From positions 32,123 through 96,122 of the forward strand of contig CAWKGL010000003.1 of assembly GCA_963849155.1 (NCBI GenBank): DNA of 64,000 nucleotides, in the 5' to 3' direction. Of the stretch, positions 1-9,958 are shown piece by piece; the stretch's first letter is position 1; each line of letters opens with the position of its first letter. The translations under genes and the position numbers were made by a program. Source of the stretch: an uncultured Acidimicrobiaceae bacterium. Its GTDB lineage: Bacteria; Actinomycetota; Acidimicrobiia; Acidimicrobiales; RAAP-2. Below the pieces are notes generated by a model, which searched no databases, was not told where the DNA came from, and worked only from the letters and a program-made list of their open reading frames with translations.

Positions 1-2
1 AT

Positions 3-821
3 CAACCAACGCCCGAAGAGTACGCGCACAACGTCGCCCTCGCCGTGGAGATCCTCCGGCGCAAGGAGATCGACAAGGTCGTGCTCGCGCGAGCCGTGCT
101 CGGTTCGGTACCCGACGAACTCGACGCCGCCTCCATTGCCCAACGCCTGCGACAGCGCGAACCGGTCTGCACCATCTACTCGATGCCGACCGACGACGGC
201 CGTCGCTTCGTGGGTGCCAGCCCGGAACTACTGGCGCGTCGCGAGGGAGCGACGATCGAATGTCACCCTCTCGCGGGCACCATCTCGCTGCCCCCGAACG
301 TCGCACCCGACGACTACCAGAACTGGCTCTTGGGTAGCACCAAGAACCTTCACGAGCACTCGGTCCTGGTCAACGACATCGTGACGACACTCTCGGCGTA
401 CTACGACGACATCGTCGCCGACGCCGAACCGTCGATCGTGACCTTGCGCACGGTGGCGCACCTGGGAACGTGGGTGCGCGGGCGTGCCTCGAGCACACCC
501 GCACCCGACGCCCTCGACGTCCTTCGTCTCCTACACCCCACCGCGGCGGTCGGGGGCATCCCACGCGAGCGCGCGTATGAACTGATCCGTCGTCTCGAGC
601 AACACGACCGGGGACACTACGCGGGCCCCGTGGGATGGCTCGACGCCCACGGGGACGGCGAGTGGTGGGTGGGCATCCGCGGCGTGATGGTCCACGGCAC
701 CGACTTCGAGGCGTGGGCGGGCGCGGGCATCGTCAGTGAGTCCGATCCCATCGCCGAACGCGAGGAGACCAAGGACAAGCTCGCGAGCGTGCTCTCCTCG
801 GTGCTGGTGGACCGGGTCTAA
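3..821 (+). CDS. menF: Isochorismate synthase (chorismate-binding enzyme), 5'-truncated by the window edge
   Basis: The frame is open from position 3 (QPTPEEYAHNVALAVEILRRKEIDKVVLAR). Motifs KVVLAR, FVGASPELL, LAGT, KNLHEH, LHPTAAVGG, RGHYAGPVGW and AGAGIV are typical of MenF/EntC. Confidence 0.85.
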   Translation, partial: QPTPEEYAHNVALAVEILRRKEIDKVVLARAVLGSVPDELDAASIAQRLRQREPVCTIYSMPTDDGRRFVGASPELLARREGATIECHPLAGTISLPPNVAPDDYQNWLLGSTKNLHEHSVLVNDIVTTLSAYYDDIVADAEPSIVTLRTVAHLGTWVRGRASSTPAPDALDVLRLLHPTAAVGGIPRERAYELIRRLEQHDRGHYAGPVGWLDAHGDGEWWVGIRGVMVHGTDFEAWAGAGIVSESDPIAEREETKDKLASVLSSVLVDRV

Positions 822-1537
822 CGCGGGCTTCGACCAAAGGGGCGAAGCAGCGCCCACTGGGTCACCAGGATCAGCGCCTCGCCGACGATCGCGCCCGACA
901 TCTTGGATTCGCCCAGTTCCCGGTCGGTGAAGGAGATCGGCACCTCGACGATCGAGAGCCCCGCGCGTCGCGCGCGATACGTCATCTCGATCTGGAAGCC
1001 GTAGCCGTTCGCGCTCACCGTCGCGTAGTCGATCTTCTCGAGCGCGTTCTTCGAGTAGACGCGATAGCCCGCCGTCGAGTCCGCCACCTTGAGACCCAAC
1101 ATGATCGACGCGTACTGATTGCCGCCACGAGAGATGAATCGTCGCAGGAAGGTCCATTGTGGAATGTGGCCGCCCTTGACGTAGCGCGAGCCAATGACGA
1201 CGTCGTGGCTCGCGGCGGCGTCGAGCAAGGTGGGCAGCGCCGCCGGATCGTGGCTGAAGTCGCAGTCGATCTCGACGAAGTGGTCGTAGCCGTGCTCGAG
1301 TCCCCAGGCGAATCCCGCCCGGTAGGCCCCACCCAGTCCGCCCTTTTCACTGCGCTGGAGGACTTCGACGTTGCCGAGCTCGTCGGCGAGATCGATCGCC
1401 TTCTTGGCCGTTCCGTCGGGGCTCCCGTCGTCGACCACGAGGACGTGGCCGGCGGGCACGGCGTTGCGAAGTGCGCGCAACATCGACTCGACGTTCAATA
1501 TCTCGTTATACGTGGGCAAAACCACGAGCGTGCGCAC
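818..1537 (-). CDS. ppm1: Polyprenol-monophosphomannose synthase (GT2)
   Basis: VVLPTYNE, VLVVDDGSPDGT, DCDFSHDP, VIGSRYVKGG, GYGFQIEM and FTDRELGESKMS match actinobacterial Ppm1. Confidence 0.85.
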   Translation of the reverse strand: MRTLVVLPTYNEILNVESMLRALRNAVPAGHVLVVDDGSPDGTAKKAIDLADELGNVEVLQRSEKGGLGGAYRAGFAWGLEHGYDHFVEIDCDFSHDPAALPTLLDAAASHDVVIGSRYVKGGHIPQWTFLRRFISRGGNQYASIMLGLKVADSTAGYRVYSKNALEKIDYATVSANGYGFQIEMTYRARRAGLSIVEVPISFTDRELGESKMSGAIVGEALILVTQWALLRPFGRSPR

Positions 1538-1622
1538 CGAAAGATTCTACTGAACTCACCTAGACTGCAATGGTCGAAGAACGCCATCGACGTAAGGAAA
1601 GCGACGCGTTTAGAGAACTCTT

Positions 1623-2681
1623 ATGACTGCTGAAGTCTCTAAGAAGCGTTTTACCATGCCGCGCGAGATCCGCATCATCCTGAGTGCGGGCTGCCTGGTC
1701 TTCGTCTTCGAGTACCTGGTGCTGCCCCAGTTCGCCTCGGCGAGACCAGCGATCCACCTGCTCGCCGAACTCAATCCCCTCATCGTCATCTTCGCGGTCT
1801 TGTGCGAGGCAGCCGCCATTTTCGCCTACGTGGAGTTGACCCGGACCGTTCTCTACCCCTACGCACCCAGTCGCTACAACACGCTGCGCGTGAACCTCGC
1901 CGGACTCGCCATTGGTCACGTCGTACCCGGCGGCACGGCGCCGGCCGGGGCACTCAGCTACCGGATCTTCAACGAACTCGGCGTACCCAAGGAGACCAAC
2001 GCGTTCGGTCTCGCCGCCCAAGGGGCCGGGTCCGCGGTGGTGTTGAACCTCATCTTCTGGTTCGCGCTCGTGATCTCGATCCCGCTCAACGGCTTCAACC
2101 CCATCTACGGCTTCGCCGCGCTCGCGGGCGTGTTCTTGCTGCTCGCGTTCTTCGGCACGATTCTGCTGATCACCCGCGGCCAGCGTCACGCCGACCGCTG
2201 GTTGCGCGCGGCCGCGCGTCGCGTTCCCGTGCTCAACCCCGACAAGGTCTCAGAACTGTTGGGCAAGGTCGCCGAGCGCATCACGCTGTTGATCAACAAT
2301 CGGCGCACCCTCTGGTGGGCCTTCGCCTGGGCCGGACTCAACTGGGTGCTCGACGCGGCGTGCCTGTGGGTCTTCGTGTGGTCCTTCGGCACCGTCATCT
2401 CGCCGATCGACCTGCTCGTCGCCTACGGACTCGCCAACGTCTTCGCCGCGATCCCGGTGACCCCCGCGGGACTCGGCGTCGTCGAGGGCATCCTCATCCC
2501 CACCCTCGTCGGCTTCGGGGTGCCCCACAGCGGCGCCATCTTGGCGGTGCTCGCCTACCGTCTGGTGAACTTCTGGATCCCCATCCCCCTGGGCGGCGCC
2601 GCCTACGCAAGCCTGCAATGGCGAAGGGGACCGCTCACAGCTGGGGGACCGAACGCGACCGCGACGTCTCCAGACGTTTGA
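1623..2681 (+). CDS. YbhN/UPF0104 family (lysylphosphatidylglycerol synthase TM, flippase-like) membrane protein
   Basis: Multi-pass membrane protein with IPVTPAGLGVVEG and AVLAYRLVNFWIPIPLG motifs. Confidence 0.75.
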   Translation: MTAEVSKKRFTMPREIRIILSAGCLVFVFEYLVLPQFASARPAIHLLAELNPLIVIFAVLCEAAAIFAYVELTRTVLYPYAPSRYNTLRVNLAGLAIGHVVPGGTAPAGALSYRIFNELGVPKETNAFGLAAQGAGSAVVLNLIFWFALVISIPLNGFNPIYGFAALAGVFLLLAFFGTILLITRGQRHADRWLRAAARRVPVLNPDKVSELLGKVAERITLLINNRRTLWWAFAWAGLNWVLDAACLWVFVWSFGTVISPIDLLVAYGLANVFAAIPVTPAGLGVVEGILIPTLVGFGVPHSGAILAVLAYRLVNFWIPIPLGGAAYASLQWRRGPLTAGGPNATATSPDV

Positions 2682-4704
2682 ACTCCGCCTGCGCCGAGAA
2701 GAGATTGACCGGTTGGAGCCGGCGCCAGCGTCGATCGGTGCCCAGGGCCCAGGTGAACTGATCATCGCGCCACGTGATCTCGAACGCTTCCTGCAACTCG
2801 GCCTGTAACAGCGGATCCTCGATCGGCACCAGGACCTCGACGCGCCGGTCCAGGTTGCGCTCCATGAGGTCGGCCGATCCAATGAACACCGAGTACGTCC
2901 CGTAACCGGGACGCCCGAAGATGAAGATGCGCGAGTGCTCGAGGAACTCGCCCACCAAGCTGTGCACCGTGATGTTCTCGGACAACTCACTCACGCCGGG
3001 GCGCAGACAGCACAACGTTCGAACCTCGAGTCGTATTTCGACCCCTGCGTTGCTCGCCTCGTAGAGCGCGTCGATGATCGCCGGATCGGTGAGACCGTTC
3101 ACCTTGATCGCGATGCGACCACTCGCGCCGATGTCGCGCTGTGCGTTGATGAGCTCGATCACCCGAGTGCGCGTCGAGGTGGGACTCACGATCAGCTTCT
3201 CGTAGTTGCCGTTGCGCGCGAAGCCCGTGAGGAAGTTGAACAACTCGCCCACGTCGTGGGTGATCTGCGGGTCACAGGTGAGCAGGCCGAAGTCCTCGTA
3301 GAGGCGCGCGGTCGTGGCGTTGTAGTTGCCCGTGGCGATGTGCGCGTAGCGCACCGTGGAATCGCCTTCGCTGCGCACCACCAGCGCGGTCTTGGAGTGG
3401 GTCTTGAGCCCGACGACGCCGTAGACCACGTGGACGCCCGCGTCTTCGAGCGCCTTGGCCCACTCGATATTGGCCGCCTCGTCAAAGCGCGCCTTCAACT
3501 CGACCAGGGCCACGACCTGTTTCCCTCGCTCGGCCGCCTGGATCAGCGAGGCGACGATCGGCGAATCGCCCGAGGTGCGGTACAGCGTCTGCTTGATGCC
3601 CACGACCTTGGGGTCGGTCGCCGCCTGGGCGATGAAGACCTCGACCGAGTCGCTGAAGGACTCGTAGGGGTGGTGCAATAAGATGTCCCCCTCGCGAATC
3701 GCGGCGAAGACGTCACCCACGTGGTCCCCGTCGAGCAGTCGCTTGGGCGTGATGGGCGACCAGCCCTCACCCTTCAGGTCGGGGCGGTCGATTGCGTAGA
3801 GCGTCCACAAGTCGTGCAGTCCGAGCGGCGCGTCGGTCACGTAGACGTTGGAACGGTCGAGTTCGAGTTGGGCGACCAGCAGCTCGAGATAGTCCGGTGA
3901 CATACCACTCTGGATCTCCACGCGAAGTGCCTCGCCGAAACGGCGTCGTCGAAGTTCGACCTCGAGCGCGACCAACAGGTCGTCCGCTTCATCTTCTTCG
4001 AGGGTGAGGTCCGCGTTGCGCGTGACGCGAAACAAATCCGCGCGGCCAATTCGCATGCCCGGGAAGAGCTGGCCGAGGTTCTCCATGATGAGGTCCTCGA
4101 GGAGGCACCAGCGGTTCTCGCCCACTTGGAGGAAGCGCGGCAATGAATTGGGTACCTTCACGCGCGCGCTGCGCTCCTCACCGGTGCTGTCGTCGCGAAC
4201 GGTCACGGCGATGTTGAGCGACAGATTCGAGATCATCGGGAACGGATGACCCGGGTCCACTGCGAGCGGCGTCAACACCGGATAGACGTTCTCGTCGAAG
4301 TACTTGGTGAGTCGCTTCCTCTCCACGTCGTCGAGGTCGCGGTAGTGCACGACCTCGATGCCGTGTTCGGCGAGTTCGGGTAGCAACGAGTCGAGCACGA
4401 TCCGATCCTGTCGTTCGACGAGCGAGAGCACGCGCTCGCGGATCGCCGAGAGCTGCTGACGCGGTCGGATGCCGTCGACCGACGGGGTCTGCACGCCCGC
4501 GGCGACCTTGTCCTCGAGGCTCACCACGCGCACCTGGAAGAACTCGTCAACCATGTCCGCGAAGATCGCCACGAACTTGAATCGCTCGAGGATCGGCAAT
4601 TGCTGGTCGTCGGCGAGATCCAACAGACGCGCGCCGAACTCGAGCCTCGAAAGTTCGCGACTCGAGAACCTCTCGGGTCCGTACGCGAGGAGGTCGATCG
4701 GCAT
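2635..4704 (-). CDS. ppk1: Polyphosphate kinase 1
   Basis: DEFFQVRV, AVDPGHPFPMISNLSLN, LLHHPYESF, IKQTLYRTSGDSPI, ELKARFDEAANI, GLKTHSK, FLEHSRI and SADLMERNLDRRVE are all present. Confidence 0.95.
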   Translation of the reverse strand: MPIDLLAYGPERFSSRELSRLEFGARLLDLADDQQLPILERFKFVAIFADMVDEFFQVRVVSLEDKVAAGVQTPSVDGIRPRQQLSAIRERVLSLVERQDRIVLDSLLPELAEHGIEVVHYRDLDDVERKRLTKYFDENVYPVLTPLAVDPGHPFPMISNLSLNIAVTVRDDSTGEERSARVKVPNSLPRFLQVGENRWCLLEDLIMENLGQLFPGMRIGRADLFRVTRNADLTLEEDEADDLLVALEVELRRRRFGEALRVEIQSGMSPDYLELLVAQLELDRSNVYVTDAPLGLHDLWTLYAIDRPDLKGEGWSPITPKRLLDGDHVGDVFAAIREGDILLHHPYESFSDSVEVFIAQAATDPKVVGIKQTLYRTSGDSPIVASLIQAAERGKQVVALVELKARFDEAANIEWAKALEDAGVHVVYGVVGLKTHSKTALVVRSEGDSTVRYAHIATGNYNATTARLYEDFGLLTCDPQITHDVGELFNFLTGFARNGNYEKLIVSPTSTRTRVIELINAQRDIGASGRIAIKVNGLTDPAIIDALYEASNAGVEIRLEVRTLCCLRPGVSELSENITVHSLVGEFLEHSRIFIFGRPGYGTYSVFIGSADLMERNLDRRVEVLVPIEDPLLQAELQEAFEITWRDDQFTWALGTDRRWRRLQPVNLFSAQAEFKRLETSRSRSVPQL

Positions 4705-4766
4705 GCGGCGTTCTCTTTCTCATCGAATGAAAGTCGTAGCGAACATGCTACGACTACTGTGGATTC

Positions 4767-6125
4767 GTGGCGAAACACGTGACGACGAGCCCGCCCCCCT
4801 ACGGTCAAACACTCGTCACCAAGACGTCACGTTCCACCGAGTTGGGCCTGATGGCGCTCGCCTGGGTCATCGTGACCGCGTTCTACGTTCTCGCGTCCTA
4901 CGGCGCGCAAGGACACATGCCCCCACGGATCTGGCTCTTCCTCGCGAGCATCGTCGCGATCTCACTGGGGATGCACGTCGCGATTCGTCATTACGCGCCT
5001 CGCGCCTCGCAGGTCCTGCTGCCGATCGCCACACTGTTGAACGGCATTGGCTACGTCGAGATCGCCCGCTGGAACCCGACCAACGCGAGCTACCAAGCCC
5101 TCTGGTTCTTCGTGAGTGCGCTCGGCGTCGTGCTCACCCTCAAGTTCGTGCGACGCGTGCGCGACCTCGACCGTTACCGCTACCTCACGCTCAGCGCGGC
5201 GATCTTCTTGATGCTCTTGCCGCTCGTGCCCCACGTGGGTGAGAAGATCAACGGCGCGCGCCTGTGGGTCGTGGTCGGGCCCATCTCCTTTCAGCCCATC
5301 GAACTCGCCAAGATCCTGCTCGCCTTCTTCTTCGCCTCGTACTTCGCCTCGAACCGCCAACTGCTCTCGACCCCCTCGCAACGCCTGGGCCCGAAGCTGA
5401 TCGTCCCGCCGCGCACGCTGCTGCCGATTCTCGCCGCGTGGGGATTCTCGCTCGCCATCCTCGGCGCCGAGAACGACATCGGTTTCGCCTTGTTGCTGTT
5501 CGCGCTGTTCATCTCCCTGCTCTGGGTCACCACCGGGCTCAAGACCTACGTCGTGCTCGGCATCGGGCTCTTTGCGGGTGGTGCCTACGTGGCCGCGCGC
5601 TACTTCACCCAGGTGCATTCGCGCATCGCCTTCTGGCTCGACCCGTGGTCCGCGGCCCACTGGGCCATTTCGGACCAGTTGGGGCTCGGTTGGTTCTCGC
5701 TCGCGGCGGGCGGGATCACCGGCACCGGACTCGGACTCGGCCAGTCGGGCAACATCCCGTTCATCACCTCGGACATGATCTTCGCCGCGGTGGGCGAAGA
5801 GCTCGGTTTCCTCGGGATCATCCTCGTGCTGTGCCTGTTCGTGGCCTTCGTCGGCGAGGGCTTTCGCATCGCCCAACGCGCCCATTCGGACTTCGTGCGC
5901 CTCACCGCCGCCGCGCTCACCGCCACCATGGGCTTCCAGGCCTTCTTCATCATGGCCGGCGTGTTGCGGATCCTCCCCTTTACGGGCATCACGCTGCCCT
6001 TCATGGCCTACGGCGGCAGCTCGCTCGTGGCCAACTACATCATCGTGGCGATCCTGCTTCGCATCTCGGACGAGAACGCCATGGAGTTCCGCGGCGGCCA
6101 GGTCCTCGAACTCGACCTCAACTGA
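4767..6125 (+). CDS. SEDS family peptidoglycan glycosyltransferase, actinobacterial RodA type
   Basis: INGARLWV, SFQPIELAK, DMIFAAVGEELG and TGITLPFMAYGGSSL. The N-terminal RSTELGL segment resembles the actinobacterial RodA that normally precedes pbpA. Confidence 0.9.
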   Translation: MAKHVTTSPPPYGQTLVTKTSRSTELGLMALAWVIVTAFYVLASYGAQGHMPPRIWLFLASIVAISLGMHVAIRHYAPRASQVLLPIATLLNGIGYVEIARWNPTNASYQALWFFVSALGVVLTLKFVRRVRDLDRYRYLTLSAAIFLMLLPLVPHVGEKINGARLWVVVGPISFQPIELAKILLAFFFASYFASNRQLLSTPSQRLGPKLIVPPRTLLPILAAWGFSLAILGAENDIGFALLLFALFISLLWVTTGLKTYVVLGIGLFAGGAYVAARYFTQVHSRIAFWLDPWSAAHWAISDQLGLGWFSLAAGGITGTGLGLGQSGNIPFITSDMIFAAVGEELGFLGIILVLCLFVAFVGEGFRIAQRAHSDFVRLTAAALTATMGFQAFFIMAGVLRILPFTGITLPFMAYGGSSLVANYIIVAILLRISDENAMEFRGGQVLELDLN

Positions 6126-6633
6126 CGAAGAACTGGCCCAGCACGTCCTCGTCGCACAGGATCGGTGCCGCGACGGCCTGGCGCAGGGCCAGGATGAATG
6201 CGTCGCTCGGACGCGCGTCGAAGACCTCGCGACCTCGCGGGGTCATCACGTCGAGCTCGGCGTAGAAGACCCCGGCGTCGTAGCGCGTCACGCGCACCGC
6301 GATGATGTCCGCCTGGAACTGGCGGATGATCGCCGAGACGAGTTCGTGGGTGGCGGGTCGACGTCCGGTCAGGTTGTGCATCGCCGCGTGCAGGGCCTGG
6401 GCCTCGGGCAGGGCGATGGGCACGCTCAGGTGGCGATACGGGGCCTCGCTCTCCATGAGGTGGACCTGGGGCGAGGGATCGGCGAGGTCGAAGGTGACCG
6501 ACTCCACGGTCATCACGCGAAAGACCGTGCCGGGGCTGGACGGTTCGTTCTCGACCGGGTCGCCGGCCGACGAGGTCGCCGGGTTCGCGGCGTCGGGTGC
6601 GTCGGGTGCGTCGGCGTCGCTCATGGGCACCAA
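6118..6633 (-). CDS. Bifunctional nuclease family protein (DUF151)
   Basis: VPIALPEAQAL, RRPATHEL, GVFYAEL and DARPSDAFILAL. The start is uncertain (6633, 6630 or 6624). Confidence 0.85.
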   Translation of the reverse strand: MVPMSDADAPDAPDAANPATSSAGDPVENEPSSPGTVFRVMTVESVTFDLADPSPQVHLMESEAPYRHLSVPIALPEAQALHAAMHNLTGRRPATHELVSAIIRQFQADIIAVRVTRYDAGVFYAELDVMTPRGREVFDARPSDAFILALRQAVAAPILCDEDVLGQFFVS

Positions 6634-6635
6634 CC

Positions 6636-7775
6636 CTAATTGGCGCTGCGACGAGAGATCGAGAGCACGACCCCGCCCGCGACGAAGAAGACCAACTCCG
6701 CCGAGCCCCCGTAACTCAAGAGCGGCAGCGGGATGCCGGTGACCGGCATGATGCCCATGGTCATGCCGATGTTCTCAAAGCAGCTGAAGGCGAAGAAGAT
6801 GAAGATCCCTAGGCACAGCAGGCGACCCATGGTGTCCTTCGCGTTGCGACCGATCATGAAGATGCGAAACGCCACGAAGCCGAGCAGCAGGACAATGAGC
6901 GCCGAGCCCACGAAGCCCAACTGCTCGCCAATGGCGGTGAAGATGAAGTCGGTTCGCTGTTCGGGCACGTAGCCGAGCACCGTCTGCAGTCCCCGGAACA
7001 GCCCCGCGCCGTGGATGCCCCCCGAGCCAATGGCGCTCTTGGCGTTGTTGACCTCGTAGATGAGGGCCTGGAGGGCCGGGTTCGTCGAATTCTGGTGCAG
7101 GAACGAGACGAACCGGTCGACCTGGTACTTCTTCAACAGGTCCAGGTATGTCGCCGCGACCAAGCCGACGCTGCCCAGAATCGCGAGGAACGTCATGAAG
7201 CGCGGCGGCACGCCCGCGACCACCATCATCGCCGCCACGCAGAGCACGATGATCGTCGACGTGCCCAGGTCGGGTTGCTTGATGATGAGCACCAAGGGCA
7301 CGAGGGCCATCACCAACAGACGCGACACGTCGTACATGGTGAGTCCCTCGGGACGTCGCGCGCAGAACGTCGCGATCGCCAGGATGATCGCGAGCACGGT
7401 GAACTCGCTCGGCTGGATCTGCACGAAGCCCAAGTTGTACCAACGCTGGGCGCCCAGCGCGCTCTGGCCGAGCACGAAGACGCCCATCAGACCGAGCAGG
7501 GACACGACGTAGAGCGGCGTCGCGACGATCTCGAGGCGCCGGTAGTCGATCAGCGAGACCAGGTACATCGCCATCACGCCCACGACGAAGAACTCGCCCT
7601 GGCGCACGAGGTAGTAGTGGCCGTCGTACCCGGCGTTCACGAGCGCCTGACGCGTGGCGCTGTAGATCATGCCCACCCCGATGACCCCGAGGGCCACCAG
7701 ACCCGCCGCGAGGCTGTAGTCCATGCGGTCCGAACTGCGAAGCTTCGAGGTCCACGAGACCAGCGTGTCGGTCAC
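6636..7775 (-). CDS. rodA: Rod shape-determining protein RodA (MrdB type SEDS)
   Basis: GAQRWYNLG, IQPSEF, KQPDLGT, VPEQRTDFIF and PVTGIPLPLLSYGGS. Start set at GTG 7775, which overlaps the aroE stop (GTGA). The 590-aa ORF in the track is over-extended. Confidence 0.9.
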   Translation of the reverse strand: MTDTLVSWTSKLRSSDRMDYSLAAGLVALGVIGVGMIYSATRQALVNAGYDGHYYLVRQGEFFVVGVMAMYLVSLIDYRRLEIVATPLYVVSLLGLMGVFVLGQSALGAQRWYNLGFVQIQPSEFTVLAIILAIATFCARRPEGLTMYDVSRLLVMALVPLVLIIKQPDLGTSTIIVLCVAAMMVVAGVPPRFMTFLAILGSVGLVAATYLDLLKKYQVDRFVSFLHQNSTNPALQALIYEVNNAKSAIGSGGIHGAGLFRGLQTVLGYVPEQRTDFIFTAIGEQLGFVGSALIVLLLGFVAFRIFMIGRNAKDTMGRLLCLGIFIFFAFSCFENIGMTMGIMPVTGIPLPLLSYGGSAELVFFVAGGVVLSISRRSAN

Positions 7776-8554
7776 GAGATCACTCGCAACAACGCGGCCC
7801 CGTCGATGCTCGCGTCGAACCACCAACTCATCTGGCGCGCGGCCTGGTAGGCCAACATGCCCAGACCGTTCTGGGTGCGACACCCCGCCGCGCGGTACAT
7901 CGCGCGCCAGTCCGTCATCGCCGGCGAGTACGTCACGTCGACCGCGATGGTCTCGGGGGTGACGCCCTGGATCACCGCGGACTCGGGCCCGCGGCCGTGT
8001 GCGGGGATCGTGTTGACGATCAGGTCCACCGGGCGGTAGACGAGCATGTGGCCGAACACGTTGGGGTACGCGGCGCTCAACTGGTCGACCTGGTCGCTCG
8101 AGCGCGCGTGCACCGCGACCGAACTGGCGCCCTGGCTGACCAGCGCGTCCACCACCGCGCGCGCCGCGCCCCCGGATCCGAGCACGACGGCGTGCAGGTT
8201 GTCGACCGAGACCCCAAAGCCGGCGCGCAACGCGTCCACGAATCCCGCGCCGTCGGTGTTCGCTCCCTCGATCCTCCCCTCGCGCCACCGCAGGGAGTTC
8301 AGCGCCCCGACGCGCGAGGCGACGTCGTCGAGTTGGTCGCAGTACGCCAACGCCGCGCGCTTGAGCGGCATCGTGACCGACAACGCGTCGTAGTTCTTGC
8401 CCATCCACTTGCCCAACTTCTTCGCGTCGGCCTCGGCGAGTTCGACGCGCACCGAACTGCCTTTCAGGCCGGCCTGGGCCAAGCCCGCCTCGTGGAGTTG
8501 GGGCGAGAGGGAGTGTTCAATGGGCGAACCCACGACCCCCAGACGCCACTTCAC
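7772..8554 (-). CDS. aroE: Shikimate dehydrogenase
   Basis: GSPIEHSLSP, SVTMPLK, GALNSL, NTDGAGF, LGSGGAARA and GLGMLAYQA. GTG 8554 overlaps the mltG stop. Confidence 0.92.
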   Translation of the reverse strand: MKWRLGVVGSPIEHSLSPQLHEAGLAQAGLKGSSVRVELAEADAKKLGKWMGKNYDALSVTMPLKRAALAYCDQLDDVASRVGALNSLRWREGRIEGANTDGAGFVDALRAGFGVSVDNLHAVVLGSGGAARAVVDALVSQGASSVAVHARSSDQVDQLSAAYPNVFGHMLVYRPVDLIVNTIPAHGRGPESAVIQGVTPETIAVDVTYSPAMTDWRAMYRAAGCRTQNGLGMLAYQAARQMSWWFDASIDGAALLRVIS

Positions 8555-9558
8555 GAGATCCCGTTCTTCGCGGCGAGCGCCTCGGCGGCGAGTTGCTGGG
8601 CGAAGGTCGCCGAGAACTTCATGGTGCCATCCTTGTTCACCAGCTCGAAGTAGAGCCACGGGCCCGCGGGGGCGTGCAAGACGGCCGACAACGAGTACTT
8701 CGAGACCGTGCAGATCGGCGTGGGCGTCAGCCCGACGTTCAGGTAGGTGTTGTAGGGCGTCACCGTGGCGAGCATCGCGGGCGTGACCGTACCGCCGTCC
8801 TGGTTGAAGTAGTACTCCACCGTCGAGTCCATCTGCAGGGGTCCGCCGCGCGCCAGTCGATTGAAGATCACCCGGGCGACTTTGGGCATGTTCTCAGGGT
8901 AGTAGCCCTCCTTCTCGACGATCGACGCGGCGGTGATCAGTTGATACGCGTCCAGTCCGTCCACCCTGGTACGCGGGGTGAGGCCCAGCGACGAGGCGAG
9001 GTGGTCGAAGGACGTGGTCATCTGGTCGAGCAGCTCCATGGGCGACTCGCCCGCACTCAGCACGTAGTTGCCCGGCCCGACGAGGCCCTCGAGCGAATCG
9101 GGGGGCCCGAACGCGCTCTGCTTGGCGAGTACCGTCTCGTCGGCCACGAACTGGTCACCGAAGGCGTTGGAGGTGTGCGCGGCGACTTCTTGGGCGATCT
9201 CGTGCAAGGTGTAACCCGACGGCACCGACAGCACGTTGGGCGCGCCGGACAAGATCGAGCGCAGTTCGGCGAAGGACGCACCCTGGGGCATGGCGTAGGT
9301 GCCCGGGACCGGCGACGGTGAGCCGAAGAGCATCAGGTCGACGCGAAAGGCGAAGGTCGAGCTGATCACGCCCTCGCGTTGCATCTCGTTGGCGATGACC
9401 CCGAGCGAGTCGCCGTAGTGCACGCTCACGTACTCCTCGCGGCCCGAACCGCCCACGGGATACGCCTGGAGCAGGAACCACCCGAGCGCCGCGAGCACGA
9501 CCACCACGACGCCCAGCGCGATCAAACGCCGCACCGAGCTAAACACCGTCAAGACCAT
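8551..9558 (-). CDS. mltG: Endolytic transglycosylase MltG
   Basis: N-terminal TM helix, ASIVEKE (catalytic Glu), VARVIFNRL, LQMDSTV, PYNTY..GLTPTPI and WLYF. Confidence 0.92.
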   Translation of the reverse strand: MVLTVFSSVRRLIALGVVVVVLAALGWFLLQAYPVGGSGREEYVSVHYGDSLGVIANEMQREGVISSTFAFRVDLMLFGSPSPVPGTYAMPQGASFAELRSILSGAPNVLSVPSGYTLHEIAQEVAAHTSNAFGDQFVADETVLAKQSAFGPPDSLEGLVGPGNYVLSAGESPMELLDQMTTSFDHLASSLGLTPRTRVDGLDAYQLITAASIVEKEGYYPENMPKVARVIFNRLARGGPLQMDSTVEYYFNQDGGTVTPAMLATVTPYNTYLNVGLTPTPICTVSKYSLSAVLHAPAGPWLYFELVNKDGTMKFSATFAQQLAAEALAAKNGIS

Positions 9559-9955
9559 CGAGATAGTTTTGCAGCATGATCACCGCGGCGGCCGAATCAA
9601 CGTGATCGCGCTGTTCGCGCGCGCGCACGCCCGCGGCGGCGAGTGACTTCTGGGCCTGCACTGACGTGAGTCGTTCGTCCCACTGCAGCACCGTCACGTG
9701 GTGCAGGCGCTCGGCAATGGCGTGATAGAGCGCGTTGGCCTCGAGCGTGCTCGCGGTCTCGTGACCAGCGAGCGCGAGGGGGCGACCCACGATGACCAGT
9801 CCAATGGACTCCTCGTCGACGAGGGCCTCGAGTCGCACGAGCAGGGCCTCGTTGACCGCAAAGGCGGGCCGAGGAAAGGCCATAGTGCGCTGGGTGTTCG
9901 AGACCGCGACCCCGCAGCGTTTCGTGCCGGGGTCGAGCCCGAGAACGCGCGACAT
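9539..9955 (-). CDS. ruvX: Holliday junction resolvase-like / pre-16S rRNA nuclease RuvX (YqgF)
   Basis: VLGLDPGTKRCGVAVS, WDERLTS and DSAAAVIMLQNYLD; lies between alaS and mltG. Confidence 0.92.
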   Translation of the reverse strand: MSRVLGLDPGTKRCGVAVSNTQRTMAFPRPAFAVNEALLVRLEALVDEESIGLVIVGRPLALAGHETASTLEANALYHAIAERLHHVTVLQWDERLTSVQAQKSLAAAGVRAREQRDHVDSAAAVIMLQNYLDGLDGV

Positions 9956-9958
9956 CGT

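Noticed and set aside
2635-2681. 47-bp convergent overlap between ppk1 and the flippase-like gene
   Set aside because: Both C-termini are low-conservation tails, and such overlaps are common in compact high-GC genomes.
6589-6618. 9-bp tandem repeat encoding DAPDAPDA in the DUF151 N-terminus
   Set aside because: It is short and in frame within a disordered leader, so it cannot cause phase variation.
6636-8408. 590-aa ORF suggesting a RodA fusion with a long N-terminal domain
   Set aside because: The extra ~210 aa overlap aroE in another frame and are low-complexity Arg/Gly sequence. A GTGA-coupled start at 7775 explains the gene. The same applies to the extended starts for secF, ruvA, yebC, pimA, thrS, LysE and the M20 gene.
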